47,547 bases of DNA from Saprolegnia diclina VS20 (lineage: Eukaryota). The position numbers were made by a program, and so were the translations under genes. Under the pieces are notes generated by a model. That model did not search any database, was not told where the DNA came from, and saw only the letters and a program-made list of their open reading frames with translations. Every line of letters starts with the position of its first letter. The stretch's first letter is position 1. The stretch spans positions 307,629 to 355,175 of the forward strand of contig NW_008246124.1 in assembly GCF_000281045.1 (NCBI RefSeq). Reading direction: 5' to 3'. This document shows positions 23,401-33,002 of this stretch, one piece after another.

Positions 23401-26400
23401 TACGGGCGGCGTTGCGCTCGCCAACATCTTTTACGCCGTGTACGCCAACAACGTGCTGGTCGCCAACATTTCCCACGCCGAATACGTAGCCGCGCTTGCT
23501 GCGCCGACGACGACACCCAGTGCGTCGAGCCGCCGCCGCCGCCTCGCGGGATCCGCAGGCGGAGTCACGGTTGGCAATCTCAATCCGTCGACAAGCTACG
23601 TTTTTCAAGTGGTGACAGTGTCGAGCGCCGGCGGGTCTAGCCCGGGGTCAAGTCCTCAATCGGGGGCGACGTCGCCCCCCACCGCCCCCGGTACGCCGTC
23701 CGCACCAACCATTGCGGCTGTCACGGGGGGGACTATTGATTTTCGGTGGATTGCGGTTGTCGACACGGGGGGTAGTTCCATCACAAGCTACGTTCTTCGC
23801 GTCGTCAATACCGATACGTTTGCGTCTTACTCGTGCACGGGGCTCATTTTCCGCTGCGTCATCGGCGGTCTTGACGGACTCTCGAGCTACACTGCGACGG
23901 TTCAAGCCACCAACAGCATCGGACCTTCGGCGCTGAGTGCGTCGACGCTGGTGAGTACGTCGGGAACAACACCGCCCTCGGTACCACAGCAACTGTCGCT
24001 TGTGAGTGGGACAACCGACACGCTCGTGCTCTCGTGGTTACCGCCGGTCGACACGGGCGGGTTCGCCATCACTGGCTACACCGTCTCGGTTGCTGCCAGC
24101 GGCACCTTTGTGACGACGCTTTCAGTCGCAGCACCGACAGATACGACCAGTAGCGTGACAGCCACGATCTCGGGGCTGGCGTCGGCAACCGCGTACGCTG
24201 TTACTGTGGTCAGTATCACCGATCCTCGTTGTTGTTCTTACGTATTGTCGATATGTAGCAAGCCATAAACTTTGTCGTCGCCGGTGACACGACCGACGAG
24301 CTCGTCGTTGAGACCGTCGCGCTCCCAAACATGCCAGTGGCGCCCACTGTCTTGTGTGGTACGTGGTACCTCGACTGTTGAGTGGCAGCTCATATATTTG
24401 GTAGTCGCACGCTCGTCGGTATCTTTGGTATGGACTGCGCAAGCTGCTGCGTATGCTTTGCAGCGAAGCGATGGGGCCGTCTTCCGGGACCTCAGGACGC
24501 AGTCGTTTGTCGATTCTGCCGTAGCCATCGGCGCGACGTACACGTACGCGCTGCAGGTGCTGCAAGCGGACGGTGTCACGTGGAGTCGGTGGAGCTTTCC
24601 AGTGTCCGTGACAACTTTGCCGTCGCCGTCGTTGTACAGCAGTTGCGTGCTCTCGTCGACGCCGATCGTGCAGAGCAGGTACGACAACAACGCGCATGTC
24701 ACCTGGCAGCTCGCACGGCCCCTCGGCCTCAACCAGCACACCGTGCTCGACGTACAATCGAGCTCTTCACAATGTTTCCACTCATGTTTACGTAGTTTTC
24801 GCTCTTCTCACTCGAGTGCAATCACGATGTTGTGGTCGTCACCGAGCTCGATTCGCTCAACCAGCCGACGACGCTGTGGCGCGGCGGGTGCCCACGGACC
24901 GGCGGTCTCACGCTCGTCTCGTCGCAAGCCAACACGGCGCTTCAGATCGCGCTCACTTCGGATGCAACGGTCACGCGCGCCGGGCTCACGTTCACGTCGC
25001 GCGCTGTCAACATGTCGACGACCGTCGTTGCCAGCCGGGTGGCGTGTCCGTCGGTCGGCAACGTCGCGTGCGCTGGCAACGGTCTTTGCGCGGGCGCGTC
25101 GGGCAACTGTGTGTGCAGTATTGGTTTTACGGGCGAAGACTGCAGCCAGCGTATTTTTTGCGACGCCACGGTGGCCTCGACGCGGTGTCCAACGCTCATG
25201 GGCCTCGCGGGTGAAGTCATTGCTGTGGACCCCGCACAAGGCGACGATACCCGCGGCACTGGCGAAATCATGGGCGTGACGGCGTCGGGCACGGCGAGCA
25301 AAGCCGTCCGGTCCATCCAACAAGCGTTGCGACTCTTCTCGGTCGACGCGACGGTGCCAAAGACGCTGCTGTTGTACCCTGGCACGTACACGTCGCAGTC
25401 CAACTGCATGTGGGCGCTCTCCAACCGGAACCTCACCGTGCGGGGGCTCTTTGGCGCTGCATTCACCGTCATCTCATGTGCTACAGGCAGTGCGTGGCAG
25501 CTGCAAGGCGGCGAGCTCACGATTCACGGCGTTGGGCTCCAGGGCAGTCAATTGAGTATGGCGCAAGGCACCCTTCAAGTCCGATCGTGCTCTCTCAGTG
25601 GCGGCGCCAATGCCAACGGCGGCTGCATCTACGTCGACCACAGCACGTTAATGCTTCAGCAGTCGAACGTGACGGGCTGCCGCGCCCAGCGTGGCGGAGG
25701 CATCTATGCAATTCAGAGTACCTTGCGCATCACCGACGCGCTCATCTATGGCAATACGGCGACGGGAGATGGCGGCGGTCTGTACCTCAGTAGCACGTCA
25801 ACGGTCACCGGCACCAACGCTGTCGTGCACACCAACACGGCGTCAAACTACGGAGGCGGCATCGCCATCGTCGGCACCGCAACGCTCCAAGGCACGACGG
25901 CCGCAGGCATCCACCTTCGAGGCAACACTGCGCAGACAGGCGGCGGTGTCAGTGTTGCAGGCGTTGGTCTCACCAGCACCAACCTGCTGGTTGATGCCAA
26001 CCGCGGACTTGGCAACGGTGGCGGTGTCGCTGTCCAAACGAATGCATTCGTGACCGACACGGCGTCACTTCTTGCGTCCAATGGCGCCAACGGCTTTGGT
26101 GGCGGCATCTACTCGGAGTCGAGTGGAACACTCTCGTTTACGGGGACTGTGGTTGAAAGCAGCTCGGCAGGTACGAGCTCCCATGGTTAAAGTCTGTTAC
26201 TTTGACGCATGTAGGACTTGGCGGCGGGGGCGTCGCGCTCAGCGGCAGCACGGGCGTACTGCGAGGTCTCCTCATCACCCAATGCTCCAGTCAGAGGCTC
26301 GGTGGCGGACTGCACGCAGTGAACTCCGCCTTTGCATTGCAGTCTGTGCTCCTCGACAGCAACACGGCGGCCACGAATGGTGGAGGTATCGCGTTACAAG

Positions 26401-29400
26401 CCTCGACGTGCACAGCTCAGAGCGTCACCACGAGCAACAACGTGGCCCAAGGCAACGGCGGCGGTGTCGCGCTCGTCGACAGCCGCGCGACGGGGTCGCT
26501 TTCCGTCACACTCGACTCGGCCGTCGGTGTTGGCGGAGGCGTGTATTTGAATGGCGCATCATCGCTCGTGTCGACGCTCGTTCGCAGCTGCTCGGCGTCC
26601 CAAGGGGGTGGTATCTTTGCCACGGCCAGCAGTGCAACTACTCTCCAGGCGCTCAACGGCGTCGTCGTGTCGCAGTGCTCGGCCGCAAGTCGCGGTGGCG
26701 GTCTCGCATTGGCTACCGTATTCGTTCAAATGACGGACGTTTCAATCGTCGACAACTCGGCGCCAACGGGTGGCGGTATCGATGTGTCAAGTGCGACGCT
26801 GACGGTCATGTCGACCACCACCCCGAGCTCCGTCGCCAGGAACCGCGCCACCCGCGGCGGTGGCGTCAGCTGCAGCGGCACCTCGTTTGTCAACAACCTC
26901 GCCGTCGCAAGCAACACAGCAACGACGATGGGGGGCGGTATGTTCCTGCAAGGCACGACAAGTCTCCTCAACGTTCGCGTCGATACGTGCTCGTCACTGG
27001 GCACCGGCGGCGGCCTTGCACTCTCCGGTGCGATCGTCTACCACACAACGTCCTCCGTTCGGAGCTGCGTCGCGGCCAAGGGCGGCGGTCTCTACCTCGA
27101 GAGCTCTACGCTAACTCGGCAAAGCGCGTCGGCATCGACCAAACTCGTGATCGATGCCAACACGGCGACAGTCGAAGGCGGGAACGCGTACGTCGGGGGG
27201 CCGAGCCAGCTCATGTATGTTGCCTTCTCAGCGGGGCAAGCGCCCTTAGGCGGCAGCATCTCTTCTGTCGGTACCTCGGGCTCCTTGGCCCAGTGCACGA
27301 TTGCAACGTCGACAGCGACGACTGGCGGCGGTGGCCTCCGTCTTCTTGACGGCACCTGGCAAATGGTCGACACCACTGTGTCGGGCAACGCGGCCAACCA
27401 AGGCGGCGGCCTGCATCTCAACAACTCGGTGCTCACCCACAGCAATCTCATTGTCTCGGCCAACCAAGCGGTCGACGTCGGCGGCGGCGTCGCCCTCTTT
27501 GGCGCCAGTCGCATCGTCGGCAACGGCGCCGTGTCGCAGGTGACGGCCAACACCATCCAAGGCCTCGGCGGTGCCAATGTCTATTGCGGCGGTGCTGCCA
27601 ACGTCGCTTTGAGTGCGTTGCAGATCACAAACGCCCGCGCCAACCAAGGCGCGGGGATCTTTGTCGCTGCCGCGGCCGTCGTCGCGTTGAACAGCTGCGA
27701 TTTGAATGGCAACACGGCGGATACGGCGGGTGGTGCCATCTACGGCGCAGCTCCGCTGCAAATTACCCTCACCAACTGCCAAGTGACGCGCAACACGGCG
27801 GTGCAAGGTGCCGCTGTGTTCCTTGGCGCCGGTCGTCTCGACGTTGTGTCGTCCGAGGTGTCGCAAAACGTTGGTACATCCGGGGGCGCCCTCTACCTCC
27901 AGGCCAGTACCCTCTCGGTAACGAGCTCGACAATGCTCTCCAATCACGTTTCTGCGGGCGACGGCGGCGCCATCACCGCGCTGGCCTCGTCGCAGCTCAC
28001 GCTGCGTTCCTCGAGTTTTGCTTGCAACGCAGCGACCGACGGCGGCACACTCAGCATCTCGTCCCAGTCGTCGGGGATTGCGTCCGGTTGCACATTTTCG
28101 GGCACCGGCATCGGCGTCGATGGTGTCTCGTGCGTCAACAGCGACACCAACCGCGGGGGTCTTGTTTACATCATCGGCCAGTCGTCCATGACTTTGGACT
28201 CGGGGTCGCGGCTGATGTACGCGAGCGCTACGTACGGTGGCGCGGTGTTTGTCTCGCAAGCCGTCGTGTCCATTTTGGCGAGCTCGGTGGCTAATAACAC
28301 GGCGCTCCAATTTGGTGGTGCCGTGTATTTGGCCCAGGCGAACCTGACGCTGACCAACTCGGACGTGGGTTACTGCAGTACGTTGACCATGAAGCTGCTT
28401 GGTGATACCAAGGGTTTTAACGTTGGGATTGTAGGCGCTATCTACGACGGCGGTGCGGTCTACGTCACGGGCAAGTCGATGGCGACAGTTGCGACGACGA
28501 CGGTGCACGACAACACGGTCACGAACGACGGCGGGGCGTTCCTTGTCGACATTGGCAGCAACCAACTCAAACTCACCAACTCGATTCTTCGCAACAACAA
28601 GGCGCTGCACTACGGCGGCGGTACATCACAGCGTCTCTTACATTGCATCTCAATCGGCGGTGTAGGGGTCGCTGCCGGGCGCGACTCGGTCAACGAGTAC
28701 GTCGGAACAAGCTTTGCCAGCAACGCGGCGGCGCTCGGTGGTGCCGTGTATGTGACCGACACGACCTGTCGCGCCACCGGGTGCGCATTTACCCAAAACC
28801 AAGCGGACGAAGGCGGCGGCGTCGCTGTCGATCGAAGTGGCATCGTGTTTGCAACGGCATCCACGTTCCAGAGCAACGACGCGGCGACCGACGGCGGCGG
28901 TCTCCTGCTCCTGCTCAAAGCCACGGCTTTCGTGACCAGCTGTGCATTTGCCGAGAATTCGGGTGGCATGGGTGGTGCAATCGCCGCTGGGTCCTTGGCG
29001 TCGTTGACAACAACCAACACGACGTTCTACGCCAACCGCGCGTCGGGCCTCGGCGGAGCGCTGGCAGTCGTCGGCCTGGCAACCGTTCAAATGTCGGGGG
29101 CGAATCTGACGAGCAACCGCGCGACGGACGGCGCCGGCATTGGGCTCACAACGTCGGCGTTGGTCAACGTCAGCGACAGCACCCTGCGTGACAACGTAGC
29201 GCGATTCCGCGGCGGTGGGATTTATCTGACAGTTGCGTCCGCCAAGCAGCTGGCGCGCCTCCGTATCGAAAACAACCAAGCGCTCAGCGGCGGCGGCGTC
29301 TTTTGGTTCGTCGGCACGCCCGTCTACGCATGCGACGACTGCCAAATTGGCGGCAATACAAAGTACGACGTCGCCACCGACTCGAGTCAGTTCGACGTCC

Positions 29401-32400
29401 TCTGGTGGCCATCCAATGCGTCCAGCGCGCTGAGTTTGACTCAAGTGCCCGACACGGTGACCATCACCGTACCGGCCAATCTAACTGCGGCCTCGCCTTC
29501 CGACGTGTGGCCGCGGCTCGAAGTCCAAGACTTTTACGGGCAGCGGTCGCTCACCGAGAATAGCACCTACTGCTTTGTGACAGCGGTCAACGTCTCGGAT
29601 AATCTTGTGACGTTCGACCCGGCGTACCGGGTCAACGCGGCCTCGGGCGTTGCGTGGTTTCCGGGGGCGACGGTCGTTGCCGACGCACGCAACGCCTCGT
29701 ACCAGCTCCAAGCGTCCTGCGTCCTTCCGTCGTCGAGCACGGTCCTCTCGCGCCCCATCAGTATGATCGTTCTCCCGTGCCCCGCTGGCTACAGCCTGGC
29801 CGGCGACAAGTACGTCTCGTTGCCTGTCACAGCGATGTGATCTCGGCGTTTTGTCTCTAGGCGCTGCAACCGATGCAGCAACAACCAATACAGGTACCGA
29901 TGACGACTTGACACGTGGTAGCGAAGCATGTAACTAGTCTCGACGGCGTCAACTGCTACGACTGTCCGACGGGGGCGAGCTGCACGCAGTACGTCGGGAC
30001 ACCCGTGACGACGAGCGCGCTCACGTACGGTGTCGCCGTGCCGCGGACGCAGAGTGACTTTATGGCGTACCGGGCGCCAGCGACGACGCAGTCGGACTGC
30101 AACCCGTACAACTGGGAAGCCGCCGATCCGTGCCTGCCGTTTGCAGTAAGCGCGGCTGGCGGCGCGCTCACGTCGCGCATCACGATCGACGTCGCGTCGG
30201 TCATCAACGAGTGCATTCAGTACGGCAACGCCGCGCTCATGAGCAAGTACTGGCCGACCGACCGGCGGTTTGCGTGCCAGACCAACATGGCGTTCTATGC
30301 GTGCGACGTACGCGGCATTATCAATCTATCAAGGTATCATTTCTCGATTGGTAGATCATTGGCGCGTGCCCCCAAGACATTTATATCGACACAATCACAT
30401 ACAACGCGTCGGCGATTCCTTGTGAAGCCGGGTACCAGGAGATCATGTGCTCCGTGTGCAGAGATGGCTATAAGCGTGCGACCAACGGGTCCTGTCAGCG
30501 TACGCTGATCCGATGTCGTTGAAAATGCATCAAAATCCGTAGCGTGCGCCGAGGTCAATGCACAGATTCGGCGCGAAGTGTCGTGGACCAACTTTGTCTT
30601 GCCGGTTCTGGCGCTGCTACTCTTATTGCTCATCGCCGTCTGGCTTCGCATCTCGCTCAAGGTAGCCTTCCACGTTGATGTCGGTGGGCGCCATACGAAC
30701 ATATATAGGACCGCACGGAGATCCCGCTCTTGGACAAGGCCCAGCACGACCGCAAGCACAAGCTGTACACGCCGCCGGTCGCCGTGAAAAGCAAGCTGCA
30801 GCTGTGGGTCGAGGCAAAAATCGAAGCGTTCCGCGCCAAACAGGCCGAGAAAGCGGCCGAGAAGGCCAAGCACAACACCGCGATCCTCTTTGGCGTCGCG
30901 CCCGTGGACGTCATCGGCAGCATCTACTTCAGCCCCGAGAAGATCAAGATTATGATTGGGTTTTTCCAAATTTTTGGCAATCTCAAAAAAACGTATGGGA
31001 TCAACTGGAACGCCAACGTTAACTGGGCCATGTCCACGTCGTCGTCCGTGAACCTCGTACGCACCTCTCCATTTCTTCCTGGCTACGACCGCACGCGTAG
31101 GACCTAATCTCGATCGCGGGCCTCGACTGCATCCTCGCGCGGACTTTCTATTTTGATTTTGTGTACAGTTCAGATACATTGTCCGTCAAGTCTCAACGTT
31201 GGTGTAGGCTCCAACTAAGCATCGTCGCGTTCCTCCTCGGCACGCTCTTCTACTGCTACATGCGCGGTATCAAGGACTACGAAGCCAAACTGTCATCGAT
31301 TCCGCGCAACTGCATCCAGTGCGGGCACCCGGTCCACGACAAGTTCTCGCGCCAAGTGTACAAGGACATTCCAAAGTACATGGAGAAGCGCCACCGGATG
31401 AGCATCAAGGCCAAACAAAACATCCACCGACTCAAGTCGATCGTGCGCCCGCCCATGGACAAGCTCGCTTCCGACGAACGCCGGCTCAAGCGCGAGCTGG
31501 GCATGTCCCAAGTCAAGACCGACGTCCTCCCGATCTTCCCGGCCGTGCACATTACGCGGCCGTGCCCGACCGACGACGTCCTCTCTGGCGCGCTGCTCGA
31601 CCGTACACTGCGCAGCAACCTCCGCGTGTGGCAGGCGCGCGTCAAGCTCCGCATGAACTACAACACGTACCGGTCCAAGTGTTTTCAGAAATTTTTGTGG
31701 TATTTTGAGAAAAATTCGGGGTTTAGGGTTCATACATCACTAGGCTGCTCCTCGTGCTGTACCCGATGGTGTCGCAAACGATCCTCAACGTCTTTAACTG
31801 CCAAGACGTCGGCGGCGTCTCGTACCTCGTGCTCGATCGGCGCCTGCAGTGCTACACGCTCACGTGGTCGCTCTACGCGACCATCGGCTTTGCGTGCGTC
31901 GGTGTCTGGGTCGTCGGCGTCCCAGTGCTCTTCTTCCTCGTCGTCTACCGCGTCCGAACGACCAACGTCGAAGCGCGACTGGACATTCTCAAGCAGCCGC
32001 GGTACCGCGACTTGCGCGCCAAGTGGGCCAAGCGCATGCGCGCGTACTTTGCCAACGAGCGGGGCATCCATGTGCGCGAAAACGAGTTTGCAGCCGTCGA
32101 GAACGGCTATCTCCGCGAGTACATGTACATGCTCAACCTCGTCGACGAGACCAACGTCCTCAAAGTGGGCTTCATCTACGCCAACTGTGCGTCGCTTCGA
32201 TCCCCGCAATTTTTGTGTTTTTACTCTTTTTTGAGTAGACAAGCCGCGCTTTTGGTGGTTTGATGTGCTCGACCTCGTTCGGTCTCTGGCCAAATCGCTA
32301 TCTTCTTCTCACACCTGGTGTAGGAAGCTGCTCTTGAGCGGCGTCGTCATGTTTCTCAAGAACAAACCCGTCGTCAAGTCGATCTTCAGCATGTCCATCA

Positions 32401-32937
32401 GGTACAAAGTGAAAGAAGTCGGGACACTGCGGGAATCGATGACGTCCGTCTAGCGTGGTCCTCATGGCCGGTCTCCTCTACTACCGCCCGTACAACGAGT
32501 GGACCGACAACATTGTCAACAGCATGACGCAGTTCCAGATCATTTTGACGCTCTGGGTCGGCATCGTGCTGCTGCTCGTGGCGGAAACCGGCCTCGACCT
32601 CATCAACCAAGACCTCGTCGTCAACGTCATGCTCGGCGTGAACCTCTGCGGCGTCCTCTTCACCGGCTACATCATGTGCCAGCAAGCGATGACGCGCTCG
32701 CGTCAGGAGCTCGCGGTCGCCCGCGCCGAGCGCCAGCGGAAGATCTCGCACGCGGTCAAGGACCTCTGGCGCAAGGGCTTCAACCACGCTGTGTACGAGG
32801 CGCAGCAAGCCCGAAGCTACCCCGCGACGCTCTCGGTGGCGGCAATGCTGGAGGCTGTGCGACGCGCCATTGCGACCGCCAAGCACGACGCCGACGAGGT
32901 GACCGTGCACAGCATCATCGATGCGCCGCAACCGTAG
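2461..32937 (+). CDS. Giant multidomain cell-surface receptor/adhesin-like polytopic membrane protein, about 9,565 aa, 39 exons
   Basis: Signal peptide MLRALALIVGVVAG. Manually placed GT-AG introns: 3048-3100, 3391-3440, 3635-3679, 3828-3873, 7732-7785, 8164-8210, 8700-8743, 8794-8836, 9421-9471, 10056-10100, 10143-10189, 10817-10861, 11481-11524, 11610-11654, 15189-15233, 18558-18610, 21551-21595, 21674-21715, 21867-21909, 22167-22214, 22453-22499, 24209-24258, 24359-24404, 24752-24795, 26171-26214, 28378-28434, 28621-28665, 29810-29860, 29894-29937, 30308-30354, 30500-30542, 30662-30708, 31057-31100, 31163-31207, 31700-31743, 32187-32238, 32282-32323, 32402-32453. All are 42-57 nt. Every join preserves the frame, and many complete a domain motif across the junction. 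Spliced length is 28,698 nt = 9,566 codons including the stop. Confidence 0.88.
6849..7550 (+). other. Tectonin-like beta-propeller repeats within the giant protein (two blocks)
   Basis: IRQLVL...ALTTPGSLYAR...WQPL...LLRISFGNGVLCGTTLMAHLYC and WSSLQL...VLDASGLVWSR...WTVV...WSFFAVAGSGELCGGSHDTLITC resemble tectonin-type blades (by eye). Confidence 0.4.
7600..7990 (+). other. MAM/cleaved-adhesin-like jelly-roll domain within the giant protein
   Basis: Pattern LTFTLSYRF...ARLDI...TLF...WTPVTLD...PFRLNITA...DVAIAGFS matches the strand pattern of MAM-like beta-sandwiches (by eye). Confidence 0.4.
8225..9229 (+). other. WSC domain split by an inserted LamG/concanavalin-like domain
   Basis: WSC N-half VGCF...MTLGDCARLC (8225-8314). 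LamG-like WTVEMY...EWFHLAFVY...FFVNG...LQIG...LDKVRVW...YYF...DVSGN (about 8340-9050). WSC C-half FGLTQGGVCLC...CNASC...CGG...SVY (9080-9229). Confidence 0.75.
12465..14365 (+). other. Three Calx-beta-like domains, the first two each carrying an inserted pair of PAN/Apple domains
   Basis: Calx-beta halves GVLAW...VSLVRSAGVTGPVNV and LAFEDGESAK...IPND...LALSTPTNGASLGAPS flank PAN domains such as DTDLVGND...DCCAKC...GCVAY...CYLKS. PAN pairs are at about 12645-13050 and 13431-13850. An uninterrupted third Calx-beta is at about 14043-14365. Confidence 0.78.
17028..17720 (+). other. Two tandem Calx-beta domains
   Basis: VLESDAFVTV...YYTTDASAVAGRDY...GNATF...TIKLRNN...ERRFNITL...IVINDD, followed by GMVAF...VPLVRTLG...VSF...LLNDQTY...FTIGL. 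Confidence 0.85.
20415..21095 (+). other. Two tandem Calx-beta domains
   Basis: LPLVRTNGSS...VTL... and GVFSF...VREDAGIVSVPILRRLG...AGLEY...IAFADG...VSIVNN...FCIGL...VTIFND. Confidence 0.8.
24640..25150 (+). other. CUB-like domain followed by an EGF-like domain
   Basis: YDNNAHVTWQL...LDFSLFSLECNHDVVVV...LQIALTSDATVTRAGLTF (after removing intron 24752-24795), then CPSVGNVACAGNGLCAGASGNCVCSIGFTGEDC. Confidence 0.82.
25210..29350 (+). repeat. Right-handed parallel beta-helix (pectin-lyase fold) with polymorphic-membrane-protein-like N-x-A-x-x-GG(A/G)-hydrophobic repeats
   Basis: Cap VDPAQGDD...AVRSIQQAL...LLLYPGTY, then dozens of units such as GNTATGDGGGLYL, SNTAATNGGGIAL, NNTALQFGGAVYL and SNAAALGGAVYV over about 1,300 aa. 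Confidence 0.9.
29500..30560 (+). other. Ig-like module and Cys-rich juxtamembrane stalk (GCC2/GCC3, ephrin-receptor-like)
   Basis: VQDFYGQ...GVAWF...YQLQASC...PCPAGY...CNRCSNNQYSLDGVNCYDCPTGASC, and CEAGYQEIMCSVCRDGYKRATNGSCQPC directly before the first TM segment. Confidence 0.7.
30580..32680 (+). other. Polytopic membrane region, about 9 predicted TM segments
   Basis: Spliced hydrophobic segments: FVLPVLALLLLLLIAVWL; KIKIMIGFFQIF; FDFVLQLSIVAFLLGTLFYCY; FLWLLLVLYPMVSQTILNVFNC; YATIGFACVGVWVVGVPVLFFLVVY; GFIYANYKPRFWWFDVLDLVRKLLLSGVVMFL; IFSMSISVVLMAGLLYYRPY; FQIILTLWVGIVLLLV; LVVNVMLGVNLCGVLFTGYIM. Confidence 0.85.
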
Positions 32938-33002
32938 CCAGCTGTCCCCTTCTTGATGGAGTCGCAGATTCATAAACCTTTGTGTCGACTTTACGCCGCT
33001 TG

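Larger units (their letters stand above)
8001..24615 (+). repeat. Fibronectin type III repeat array (about 38 domains by manual count), interrupted by Calx-beta blocks
   Basis: Recurring P-x-x-P...TGG-x-hydrophobic-x-L-x-W-x-PP-x-D-x-GG-x-P-I-x-x-Y...GL-x-x-x-T-x-Y-x-hydrophobic-x-V-x-A-x-N-x-x-G units of about 90-100 aa. Confidence 0.92.

Noticed and set aside
31718..31730. Telomere-like GGGTTTAGGGTT (and AAACCCTA near 11646)
   Set aside because: Fewer than two full units, inside ordinary introns; compatible with chance.
2461..32937. Interpretation as a frameshifted pseudogene, a gene cluster or a recoding case
   Set aside because: Every frame break coincides with a canonical 42-57 nt GT-AG intron, and the spliced length is a multiple of three with no internal stop seen.
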